A stretch of DNA of 32,890 nt. It comes from a virus (Duplodnaviria > Caudoviricetes). This document shows, piece after piece, positions 1 to 8,410 of this stretch (its first letter is position 1; each line of letters begins with the position of its first letter). Both the position numbers and the translations under genes were made by a program. Below the pieces are notes generated by a model that saw nothing but the letters and a program-made list of their open reading frames with translations, searched no databases and was not told the DNA's origin. The stretch spans positions 1 through 32,890 of the IMG/VR virus record IMGVR_UViG_3300037991_005890; one strand, given 5' to 3'.

Positions 1-737
1 CAATAATCCTTAATCCAATGTTCGTTAACTTTATGCATTTGATTTTCTGCATTAGAAAAATGAACCATCTTAATAGTATCACAAAAGTTACCACCCATAA
101 CATATGGCTCATCTTGATTTACATCTCTTAACCAATTACGGTTAATTTTTTTATAATCTACATCATGATATTTTGCAAACCATTCCATAGGCAGCCATAG
201 TTTCATCACTGCATGTTCATCTATAAAGTTTTGTTCTCCATTGACAGGTCCTTCAGCAAAGCCATTCTCAATGTAATAACTTTGCCAGTGTTCAGGATTC
301 TTACTAAACTCTTCCCATAAATAGTGAGTCTCACCCATATAATACATTTGAAACCCACCATTGAGTTTACAAAAATGTCTTAGATTAGACCACCATCTTT
401 CAAAACATCCGAAATGATGTCTACCTAAACCGTATGTAAGTATTGGATCCATGTCTCCTACAATTATCCAATCTATATCAAGTATTAAACACTTTTCTCC
501 TTCTGCAATATCAGCAAAGCCTGTCTTATGAAATATTAATTTATGCCATTGAAGTTTATATTCATCAGGATTTTCTAATGGTACTACTATTATGTCAGGA
601 TCTAATCCTGTAGGATCTTCTGTATAACAATAGATTTTATAATCTACTGTACTATTTCTTCTTATACTATTGTTTAGTTTATTTACATATTCTGCGGAAT
701 ATTTAGTTCCTACTTTAAGAGTTAATATATTAATCAT
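1..737 (-). CDS. GT-A fold glycosyltransferase-like protein (3' end runs off the window; absent from the ORF track)
   Basis: Manual translation from ATG at 737, overlapping the upstream stop at 730-732: MINILTLKVGTKYSAEYVNKLNNSIRRNSTVDYKIYCYTEDPTG...QWHKLIF...CLILDIDWII...NGGFQ...GEQNFI...MVHF...WIKDY. Open to position 1, with a DxD motif. Clear paralog of 5965..6675. Confidence 0.8.
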   Translation of the reverse strand, partial: MINILTLKVGTKYSAEYVNKLNNSIRRNSTVDYKIYCYTEDPTGLDPDIIVVPLENPDEYKLQWHKLIFHKTGFADIAEGEKCLILDIDWIIVGDMDPILTYGLGRHHFGCFERWWSNLRHFCKLNGGFQMYYMGETHYLWEEFSKNPEHWQSYYIENGFAEGPVNGEQNFIDEHAVMKLWLPMEWFAKYHDVDYKKINRNWLRDVNQDEPYVMGGNFCDTIKMVHFSNAENQMHKVNEHWIKDY

Positions 738-1386
738 TGAACATTCCAGTTGTTATTTTATGTTCTTCACACTCCTTTGAAAATCTTTGTTTGAATTTTT
801 TATATTCTATAAAATTATTGTCTTGTAGGATATAATATAATTCATGCTTTTTAAGATATTCATAAACAGATTCAGATGCGGTGTGCATAAATTCAGTGTC
901 AGATCTATCATACCACGGTTTTTGTATTGGTTTAACAAAAAAATATTTTAGGTTATTATAATCTAATAAATCTTTTATAGTTTTTATTAAATATAAATTT
1001 GTATCTATTTCATGATATGGATTATAAAAATTTTCTATATAATGATTTATACTCCATTTTATTCTATCCATTTTTTTGTGATAAAAATCTAATTCATTAC
1101 TTTTTACATATTCATTATAATAATACGACCATGGATGTGGGTTGTCTGGTGTTTTCCATTGTTTTGGACAGTTTGTAGTAGTAACTATACCAAATTCTTT
1201 TTGTCTTTTAGACATGTTAAACTTATTATATGGAAACTCTAATGTATCAAAAGTATTTAAAACTATGTAAACTGGCTTTGTTACTTTTGATAAGTCTCTC
1301 TTCTGCATCTCTCTAATAATTTGCATATTAGATTGAGGTATGAATATATCATATGGAAATAATTCTATAATATCTTTAAATGCCAT
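730..1386 (-). CDS. hypothetical protein, possibly a degenerate SGNH-like protein
   Basis: 218-aa ORF coupled to the upstream gene by TAATG at 1386. SNMQIIR and IKDLLDYNNLKYFF resemble segments of phage SGNH-like proteins, but no catalytic GDS/GCS or DxxH motif is visible. The product call is weak. Confidence 0.5.
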   Translation of the reverse strand: MAFKDIIELFPYDIFIPQSNMQIIREMQKRDLSKVTKPVYIVLNTFDTLEFPYNKFNMSKRQKEFGIVTTTNCPKQWKTPDNPHPWSYYYNEYVKSNELDFYHKKMDRIKWSINHYIENFYNPYHEIDTNLYLIKTIKDLLDYNNLKYFFVKPIQKPWYDRSDTEFMHTASESVYEYLKKHELYYILQDNNFIEYKKFKQRFSKECEEHKITTGMFND

Positions 1387-2099
1387 TAAGTCACGCCACC
1401 ATCATACATGTTAAACGCCCATTTCTTTTCTCTACACCACCAACACTCTTTGCAAGGTTTAGTAAAATAATCTGTTTTTTCTGCATACTCGACGCATGAT
1501 GCAGTCAATGGAAATAAATTATCCATAAGATTAAATTTTTTATATTGCGTTGCAACAAATCTTTTATCTACAAATTCAAAGGGACAATAAAAAGGTTTGC
1601 CGTGATGCTCATGATAAGGAACACGGTCGTGACCATGCCTATCTCGTCGCTCTTCTCTTTTATACATTAGATTGTGCTTTTCAGCTTCTGCCTTTGTAGG
1701 ATTCGCTGTTCTACCATGAAACAATACTTCTATTGTACCATTGTCTCTTAATCTATCTTCGTGTGCTCTATGATGATTTACTTTATCTTTCTCATGATTT
1801 TTATCGTAGTAGTCAACCTCATGCTCACCAATATTTACTGATGGAAACATTTCTTTAAATAATTGTACTATCTCTTCTGCATTCCAAATATTAGTAGGCC
1901 GTGCATTATGTACACCTGTAATTGGAATTATTGTAGCATCAGATTTTCTTGCTTCTAATTCTTTACATGTCATAAACATAACGAGTGACGAGTCTGCACC
2001 ACCAGATAAATTTATTCCTATCTTCTTAAATTCATTTAGCCTTGGGTATGGATCCCAAAAGTCAACATTTCCATAACGAGATTTATAAATCATTGCCAC
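1386..2099 (-). CDS. QueC-like PP-loop ATP pyrophosphatase
   Basis: N-terminal PP-loop INLSGGADS, PF...DK motif, and C-terminal Zn site SC-x13-CKECWWC, as in the QueC/ExsB family. Confidence 0.75.
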   Translation of the reverse strand: MAMIYKSRYGNVDFWDPYPRLNEFKKIGINLSGGADSSLVMFMTCKELEARKSDATIIPITGVHNARPTNIWNAEEIVQLFKEMFPSVNIGEHEVDYYDKNHEKDKVNHHRAHEDRLRDNGTIEVLFHGRTANPTKAEAEKHNLMYKREERRDRHGHDRVPYHEHHGKPFYCPFEFVDKRFVATQYKKFNLMDNLFPLTASCVEYAEKTDYFTKPCKECWWCREKKWAFNMYDGGVT

Positions 2100-2770
2100 T
2101 CCACAACTTTTTCTACTTTAGGTATGTCTCTATATTTTGGATTCCATTTAATTTCTAATGGATATCCTAATCCCAAACACAGTACAATATCATAATTCAC
2201 GTCTATTCTATGATCATTATATTCCGTATGTAAAGGTATATCTTGGCAGAAACTAGATGAAATATTTTTTTCTGCTGCTAGGCAAGCTATATTATAGGCG
2301 TGTATAGAAGATGATTGTGTAGCTTTAATCTGAGAATCTCTTTCTTCCATTATGATATGCGGTTGACGAAGATCTACTTTTGTTTCATGTATATCATAAA
2401 AAATAAAAAGATAAGGTGCTAAAACCTGAGGATTGAAATTATAATAATTAAATCTCTCTTGTATAACACGTTTTGGTCTAGAATCCATCATCATTTTAAA
2501 CCATTCTTTATATTCTTGTCTCATATAATCGATTAAATACGGACTATCAGCTATTTTTCTATATTTAGGATCACAATTAGTTTGAATAACTAATTTTTCT
2601 TTATCCTCTTTATATTCTGGTCCATACACTTTTACCTTATGATAAGGTATAGTACATTTATTTGGTGTAAATGTAACGGAATCTAAAATGATATCATCAA
2701 TAATACTTTTACTTGGTACATCATCATTAAAAAACTCTACACTTCTTCTTGTTCTTATACCGTCCCCCAT
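2090..2770 (-). CDS. nitroreductase-like (FMN-binding) protein
   Basis: RRSVEFF (RRSxRxF-like), VPSKSII...TPNK, and C-terminal LGLGYP. Start moved to ATG 2770, which has GGAG 6 nt upstream; the ORF track start is 2782. Confidence 0.65.
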   Translation of the reverse strand: MGDGIRTRRSVEFFNDDVPSKSIIDDIILDSVTFTPNKCTIPYHKVKVYGPEYKEDKEKLVIQTNCDPKYRKIADSPYLIDYMRQEYKEWFKMMMDSRPKRVIQERFNYYNFNPQVLAPYLFIFYDIHETKVDLRQPHIIMEERDSQIKATQSSSIHAYNIACLAAEKNISSSFCQDIPLHTEYNDHRIDVNYDIVLCLGLGYPLEIKWNPKYRDIPKVEKVVEWQ

Positions 2771-3948
2771 ATTTTTCTCCAATCTCCTCTAAGGGTTGAT
2801 AATCTATCTAAATATTCTATTAATCTTTTTCTTTGTCTTTCTATTTCTTTCTTACTTGATTTTTCTAATTCATTTTTCATTCTTATTGCAACTGATTCAA
2901 ATTCTGTACCCATATATTTTTCTATAATTCTAGGTGCTTCTATATGTAAGTGAGGCTGAACATGCATGGGAAATTCAACATATTGAAAAGAATATTGTCC
3001 TGTTTTTATTTTTTTCGTTCTATAAAAATTAAATATATCTTCTAAATCATCTACATTTAAAACTGATACTGTAGGAGTAACTAGCATAGGAGTAATTGAT
3101 CTTCGTCTATGTGAATATGTATAGTTAGGAGAATAGTTATGTATAACTTCATTTATATAATCAAGGTTATCTTCAAATTCATCAAAATTGACAGGCCATC
3201 TAATCCATTCTTCTTTCTCCATATAATGATCAGCAGAAATTGTAATTGTTAATTTATGAAACCTTTTTATATAATCCTCTAGTTTGTGCCCTTTAAATTC
3301 TATTTTAGACAGATTAGTGCCAACAACAATTGTTATTGTACGTGCATACTTGTCAGGAAATTTATCTAAAAATTCATAAAACTTTTTAACTTGTAATGGT
3401 TCACCGCCTAAAACAATTATTTTATCGATATGTTCTAAATTATTTAGAATATGATTTTCCATTTTATCATAAGATATTTTATTATGTCTTTCAGGCGTCA
3501 CAGTGTAACCAAAATCTTCTAAGTCATATCCCAAAGATTTTAAATCATTTCGTCTTCCTGAAGAATGATTTGGATGACACATATAACATGATAGATTACA
3601 ATAACTACCAAACATTCTTAGCTTAATTTCAACTTTGCCAATATTTTTAGGTCTGCCTCGTTTAAGTAAATGCATCTTACGAGGCGATGGAACATTTAAT
3701 TTATCCATTTCATAACATCTATTACAAGCATCAACATATTCATTATTTTTCATTTTATCTCGTAATGCTTGCATATCATCACTAAAGAAAAAATCAAAAG
3801 GTAAATCTTTTGTTACATTCCATTTTTTTCTAAGATTTTTAGATGCAGACATTTGAGTATTAGCATGACAACACATATCGTATTCGTTTGTACTATCATT
3901 GAATATATGCATAAATGGTAATGGACAATATCTATCCATAGTAATCAT
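2755..3948 (-). CDS. radical SAM enzyme with N-terminal Cys-rich (SPASM/Twitch-like) domain
   Basis: CNLSCYMC (CxxxCxxC), GGEP and TNLS motifs; N-terminal CPLPFMH...CC...CNRC. The true start may be ATG 3939. Confidence 0.85.
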   Translation of the reverse strand: MITMDRYCPLPFMHIFNDSTNEYDMCCHANTQMSASKNLRKKWNVTKDLPFDFFFSDDMQALRDKMKNNEYVDACNRCYEMDKLNVPSPRKMHLLKRGRPKNIGKVEIKLRMFGSYCNLSCYMCHPNHSSGRRNDLKSLGYDLEDFGYTVTPERHNKISYDKMENHILNNLEHIDKIIVLGGEPLQVKKFYEFLDKFPDKYARTITIVVGTNLSKIEFKGHKLEDYIKRFHKLTITISADHYMEKEEWIRWPVNFDEFEDNLDYINEVIHNYSPNYTYSHRRRSITPMLVTPTVSVLNVDDLEDIFNFYRTKKIKTGQYSFQYVEFPMHVQPHLHIEAPRIIEKYMGTEFESVAIRMKNELEKSSKKEIERQRKRLIEYLDRLSTLRGDWRKIWGTV

Positions 3949-5341
3949 CGTCTTTAAAATGATTTTTCCATTCAGGAAAATAATTTAGTATATTATCTTT
4001 CCTTAGCTTATCTCTTCTTTTGATATGTGCTATCATAGAGTGATATTTCATTTCATCAAATTCTCTTTTCTCTAGATAGTCTATAGCCTTTGTACATTTT
4101 TCTATCATGTCATATGAGTTACTATATAATCGATCTAAATAAAAATCTCTTACGTCATCTGGTAATGACTTGAGAGTAAACCAGGCAGGTCTCGTAACAT
4201 TAAAATAACTAGGTGTAATACCAAACTCTTTACCAGCTTCCATTGCTTCATCTACATAACCAATCGATATAGGATTCAAAGTCATAGCAAATCCTATATT
4301 TGTATTAGGCAAAGCATGCATCATTCTAATATTCTTTTCTACTTCAGCCCACTTTGATGGGTATCTAATATAATCGTTTTTAGGACCCCATAATTCCATA
4401 GAACATTTGTAATGCACCTTTTGAAACTGTGCAAGCAAATCTCTAATATATTCCATCTTAGGATAGCCATAGTTATTAGAAAATATAAAAAGCTTTTTAT
4501 CCTTTGCCCATCCTTCTTCAACACATTTTTCTAATATCTGTATGTACTGCTTGATTAGAAAAGTTTCTCCACCTATTAATTGTATACGCTTAGTCTTTTT
4601 AATTGTACGCCAAAACTCTTCTTCATCAATATTATTATCTTCGTATCTAATTAGTGGAGGTGTAAAAGGCACAGTTGAACCAGATCGTTTTTCAGATCTT
4701 TGTATAATTTCTTCAGGTGTAAACTCACCTAATGCAATCCACTCTTCTGCAACTGAAGAAGAATCTTCGGCTGAACACATCAGACATTTTAGATTGCAAT
4801 AGTTTCCCCATACCTTAATTTGTGATGTGTGTATTTTATCTGGTACAGGATATTCAGATGCAGGATTTTCTCTGACAAATTTTACAAGTCTATCTAATTC
4901 TTCTAACTCTTCATGATCGTTCTTCATATCATTGTTGTAAGCCATACGTGGCGTACTGAATCCTAAGTATTCAGTTTCAATGCATCTATAACAAGTCTTA
5001 ATTGTTCGTTCACGATCTTTATGTCCATTAGCCATTTCATCACGTAAACCTCTAAGCTCTGGCTGATTCCATACACCTTCAATACCAATCTCAGCAATAT
5101 GCTTTTTTACATTCATTGTTGTATTACAGCATGGATGAGCAAATCCGTATGTTGGAATGTACATATGTATGAAAGGCTGTGAACAGAAAAACTCACCTTT
5201 CTTTTTTATGACTTCATCTAACATATATCCAATGTCAGGCTTATCTTTAGAAATAGGAGAAGCAGCATTAGCGAAATCATCAGGATTATTTTTTAATGGA
5301 ATCCTTTTTAGATTGATTTCTTTTTTACTTGTTATTTTCAT
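3932..5341 (-). CDS. radical SAM enzyme with N-terminal Cys-rich (SPASM/Twitch-like) domain
   Basis: CNLKCLMC, GGET and YIRYPSKW motifs; N-terminal CSQPFIH...CC...CYRC. Paralog of 2755..3948, coupled by TAATG at 5341. Confidence 0.85.
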   Translation of the reverse strand: MKITSKKEINLKRIPLKNNPDDFANAASPISKDKPDIGYMLDEVIKKKGEFFCSQPFIHMYIPTYGFAHPCCNTTMNVKKHIAEIGIEGVWNQPELRGLRDEMANGHKDRERTIKTCYRCIETEYLGFSTPRMAYNNDMKNDHEELEELDRLVKFVRENPASEYPVPDKIHTSQIKVWGNYCNLKCLMCSAEDSSSVAEEWIALGEFTPEEIIQRSEKRSGSTVPFTPPLIRYEDNNIDEEEFWRTIKKTKRIQLIGGETFLIKQYIQILEKCVEEGWAKDKKLFIFSNNYGYPKMEYIRDLLAQFQKVHYKCSMELWGPKNDYIRYPSKWAEVEKNIRMMHALPNTNIGFAMTLNPISIGYVDEAMEAGKEFGITPSYFNVTRPAWFTLKSLPDDVRDFYLDRLYSNSYDMIEKCTKAIDYLEKREFDEMKYHSMIAHIKRRDKLRKDNILNYFPEWKNHFKDDDYYG

Positions 5342-5928
5342 TATTTTCTTCCTATTACAGTAAACCTGTTATAATCTTTATAATTTTTTGTATCGGCATA
5401 CCAAACTTTTTCAAGGTTATATTGTTTAATTAATTCGTCTGGACTATTTACACAATTAAAATGTTCTTCTACATCTTCATAATCATTAGACTGTAATGCC
5501 ACATATCCACTTTCTATTTTTAGTGGAGCCATATGTTCGCATGATGTGTTTATAGTTAATTTATCATTACCAGAAAACTCAAGTCTATTGGCGTTTATTT
5601 GTATCCATTTTATATTATGCCTATTAGGAAAATATATATTTTGTGCTATTGACAATGCTGTTTTATCGATTTCATAAAAATTTATTTCTTCATAGTTTAA
5701 AAATTTATCTATTAATGGTATAATTATATTACCATACCAACCACCTACAATGTTTATCCTCTGTATACAACTAGGTAAAGTGCCAACTGCTTGATAATGA
5801 TTTAGCTTAGTCATCATCCTAGTTTTTGCTTTTACTTTTCTTTCTTCAAACGATTTCACTATATCTAATGCCCGCTCAGGATATTTAGATATTGCTCTCT
5901 GCGTTACGCTATCTATGTTAAATTCCAT
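5341..5928 (-). CDS. class I SAM-dependent methyltransferase-like protein
   Basis: Motif I-like IVGGWYG, acidic motif II FYEID, then INTSCEHM and LQSNDY. GAGGT Shine-Dalgarno at 5936-5940. Confidence 0.6.
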   Translation of the reverse strand: MEFNIDSVTQRAISKYPERALDIVKSFEERKVKAKTRMMTKLNHYQAVGTLPSCIQRINIVGGWYGNIIIPLIDKFLNYEEINFYEIDKTALSIAQNIYFPNRHNIKWIQINANRLEFSGNDKLTINTSCEHMAPLKIESGYVALQSNDYEDVEEHFNCVNSPDELIKQYNLEKVWYADTKNYKDYNRFTVIGRK

Positions 5929-5936
5929 AATAAATA
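5929..5936 (+). promoter_or_regulatory. T4-type late promoter, 1 mismatch (AATAAATA), for the + strand glycosyltransferase pair
   Basis: 7/8 match to TATAAATA in the 36-nt divergent gap; geometry mirrors the 28413/28432 pair. Confidence 0.5.
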
Positions 5937-5946
5937 CCTCATACGC

Positions 5947-5954
5947 TATTTATA
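5947..5954 (-). promoter_or_regulatory. T4-type late promoter TATAAATA for the methyltransferase to glycosyltransferase operon
   Basis: Exact tatttata on the + strand, intergenic, upstream of the SD and ATG 5928. Confidence 0.75.
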
Positions 5955-5964
5955 GTAGGTTTAA

Positions 5965-6675
5965 ATGATTAATGTTATATGTGTGAAGCAAGGTGATCGG
6001 TATGATCACGTTTATCCAAACAGACTTAAAACTATGGTAGAACGTAATCTATCTATTCCTCATAACTTTTATTGCTATACTGATAATGATTATAAAGTAG
6101 ATTGCAATATAATTCACATGCCTGATGATGGATTAGAATTATGGTGGCCTAAACTCAGAATGTTTGAAGAAGGCTTTGGTGGTTTAGAAGGCAGATGTTT
6201 GTTCTTTGATTTAGATGTTGTAATACAGAAAGATATCACGTTCTTACTTGACTATGAAGAATTTCATATGATACAAACATATTGGAAGTACGGTATAGAA
6301 ACTACCTATGAATCAGGTATGAAACAAAAGCAGGCATATGATATGAATAGAAATAGTTCATGTCTATTATGGACGGCTGGAGAGAATACACATATATGGG
6401 AATACTTCTGGAAAAATCCAGAGTTTTATATGCTCAAGTATGCTGGTATAGATCGATTCATGTATCATGAGGGACTAACACACAGAGTATTTCCGGAAGG
6501 AATTTTTTATTCTAGAAAGCATGGAATAAAATATGGTGACAAACCTTTGAATGAACCCCCTTGGTATAAAAGCGATGACCATGCAGTTTGCTTAATGAAT
6601 GGCATGCATAAACTAGATAAAGAATATTTTGATAAATGGAATCCTTATGAAGGTTATGAACAATATTATCTATAG
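5965..6675 (+). CDS. GT-A fold glycosyltransferase-like protein
   Basis: FYCYTD, WWPKL, CLFFDLDVVI (DxD), NSS and GIDRF motifs; AGGT SD upstream. Confidence 0.8.
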   Translation: MINVICVKQGDRYDHVYPNRLKTMVERNLSIPHNFYCYTDNDYKVDCNIIHMPDDGLELWWPKLRMFEEGFGGLEGRCLFFDLDVVIQKDITFLLDYEEFHMIQTYWKYGIETTYESGMKQKQAYDMNRNSSCLLWTAGENTHIWEYFWKNPEFYMLKYAGIDRFMYHEGLTHRVFPEGIFYSRKHGIKYGDKPLNEPPWYKSDDHAVCLMNGMHKLDKEYFDKWNPYEGYEQYYL

Positions 6676-7276
6676 CATATATTCTCCGGGATGTAAACAG
6701 TTAGATTTAAATTATGATAAAATAAAAAGAAGACACGAACAATATGCTGTGTCTGTATATGCTAGTTATGTATGTTTCCATTATGATAGTATGGATTATA
6801 ATGAACTACAATTTAAAAAATTATTTTTATTAGAACATATGTCTCAGTATGCTAACAATGTTTTATATTTAGACTTTGATGTTATACCTACAGAAAATGC
6901 AAAAAACATATTTGATATGAAGTATGAACTAGCTATGCTTCCATTAATTCGGCATGAGTCGTATGATTTTAAAACACAGATTAAAAATAAAAATCATAGA
7001 AAGTATAATACACTAAATAAAGCAAGTGAAATTATTTTTAATACAGGAGTGATAGCAGCAAATGATAAAGCAATATCCGAACTAGATCTAAAAAATACAT
7101 ATCCTATGTTTGATGGCAATAATAACGAAGCATTTATGACATGGGTAATAGAATCATTCAATGTTGAATATCAGATATTACCGTTAAGTTTTAATTATAT
7201 CTTAGATGAAGAAAACGCCACTATTCCTAGTGACGTTCATTTTATACATTATTCCCATAAAAAATTTTCCCTCTAG
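6656..7276 (+). CDS. GT-A fold glycosyltransferase-like protein (GT8/GT34-like motifs)
   Basis: VLYLDFDVI (DxD), FNTGV, NNEAF and HFIHY motifs. Start moved to ATG 6656 behind GAAGGT; the ORF track uses TTG 6629. Confidence 0.75.
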   Translation: MNNIIYSIYSPGCKQLDLNYDKIKRRHEQYAVSVYASYVCFHYDSMDYNELQFKKLFLLEHMSQYANNVLYLDFDVIPTENAKNIFDMKYELAMLPLIRHESYDFKTQIKNKNHRKYNTLNKASEIIFNTGVIAANDKAISELDLKNTYPMFDGNNNEAFMTWVIESFNVEYQILPLSFNYILDEENATIPSDVHFIHYSHKKFSL

Positions 7277-7829
7277 GTATCCAAATATCTTTTTCTATAT
7301 CATGAATATGATCATTTTTATACCATCTTCTGCATTCAGATAGACGAATTAAACTTTCAAAAAATTTACCTGCTTCAATATCACCAAATAAATTTTCTCT
7401 CTTAAAAGAATCAGGATCTATTAGTCTTAAATTATCATCTTTATCTACGACTACATTTCCTAGTTTATAATCTGTATGATAAAAGTAATGTGTTTTTAAG
7501 TGATCTAAACTAAATTGATAAAAATTATTCCATATGTCCATAAATTGTGCAATATATTTATTTAGTTTATCGTGGTTATAAGTTTTATCATAATATTTTA
7601 TATAATCTTTTAATGTATACTGATAATCTATTTTTTCCATAGTAAGAACATTATCAGTCATATCATATACTTTTACTAGTCTATTGTCGTAATTATAAAG
7701 TTGTTCGTATATTACTACCCATTCGTCTATTTTTTCTGGAACAGTGATACTAGCAGTTAGTTCTTTTTTTACTGTTTCATTTCCAACATATATCGTATTA
7801 CGTTTTCTTTCAATTATTTTGTCGTCCAT
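7242..7829 (-). CDS. protein-kinase-like fold phosphotransferase (APH/RIO/Kdo-kinase-like)
   Basis: VKK lysine strand, LTMEKI hinge, catalytic loop HTDYKLGN (HxDxxxxN) and metal-binding LIDPD. Confidence 0.7.
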   Translation of the reverse strand: MDDKIIERKRNTIYVGNETVKKELTASITVPEKIDEWVVIYEQLYNYDNRLVKVYDMTDNVLTMEKIDYQYTLKDYIKYYDKTYNHDKLNKYIAQFMDIWNNFYQFSLDHLKTHYFYHTDYKLGNVVVDKDDNLRLIDPDSFKRENLFGDIEAGKFFESLIRLSECRRWYKNDHIHDIEKDIWIPRGKIFYGNNV

Positions 7830-8401
7830 AATTCTATAGCTGCTCTCAATGCTTCTGGTACTGTTTTAGATATTCTAAGATTTTTCTTAAGTTCTCTATT
7901 TTTGTTATTTTTAATAAAATCCATTTCAAATAATTTTAATTTGAGCTCGAATAAATATTCAGTTGATGGAGAATCTGTAAATACAAATTCATTTAAAACT
8001 TCTGGTAATGTTGCAGCAACTTTTATTTCTTGTGTCTCTACAACGACTCTAACATTTTCGTCAGGCGCTTCATCTTGTTTTTGATATGCCATATCATCTT
8101 CTAATGCTACATCAGATAGAATCCAACCGTTTTTCTTTGCAACTTCTATTGCAATTCTTTTTATTGCGTTTTGATCGTTTCGTATATTCTTAAACGTATC
8201 TTCATGTATCTGATCAATAGTATATGATTTCATCAATTCTTGATAATCAGTATCATTATCATCTACATCTAAATGATAATCAATAACTTGAAACATGCCA
8301 GTTTCATCTGCCGTATCTGCCATTAATTTTACGCAGATAGTATCACGTTGGTTATTTGTAAAGAAAGCTCTATCTATTGAAAATCCTTCTAGAAGTGCCA
8401 T
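7814..8401 (-). CDS. hypothetical protein
   Basis: 195-aa acidic ORF with GGAG SD, in series with the structural genes. No motif recognised. Confidence 0.6.
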   Translation of the reverse strand: MALLEGFSIDRAFFTNNQRDTICVKLMADTADETGMFQVIDYHLDVDDNDTDYQELMKSYTIDQIHEDTFKNIRNDQNAIKRIAIEVAKKNGWILSDVALEDDMAYQKQDEAPDENVRVVVETQEIKVAATLPEVLNEFVFTDSPSTEYLFELKLKLFEMDFIKNNKNRELKKNLRISKTVPEALRAAIELWTTK

Positions 8402-8410
8402 TTTAATCTC

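Noticed and set aside
1386-5341. QueC plus rSAM read as a 7-deazaguanine DNA modification locus
   Set aside because: The rSAMs are not QueE-like, and no FolE/QueD/DpdA is present in the window. Not excluded elsewhere in the genome.
2090-5341. RiPP cluster (rSAM-SPASM plus flavin dehydrogenase)
   Set aside because: No precursor peptide, RRE domain, YcaO, protease or transporter is visible.
3396-5363. Short alternative ORFs 3396..3626, 4339..4524, 4542..4802 and 5157..5363
   Set aside because: They lie almost entirely within motif-bearing rSAM genes and have no recognisable features.
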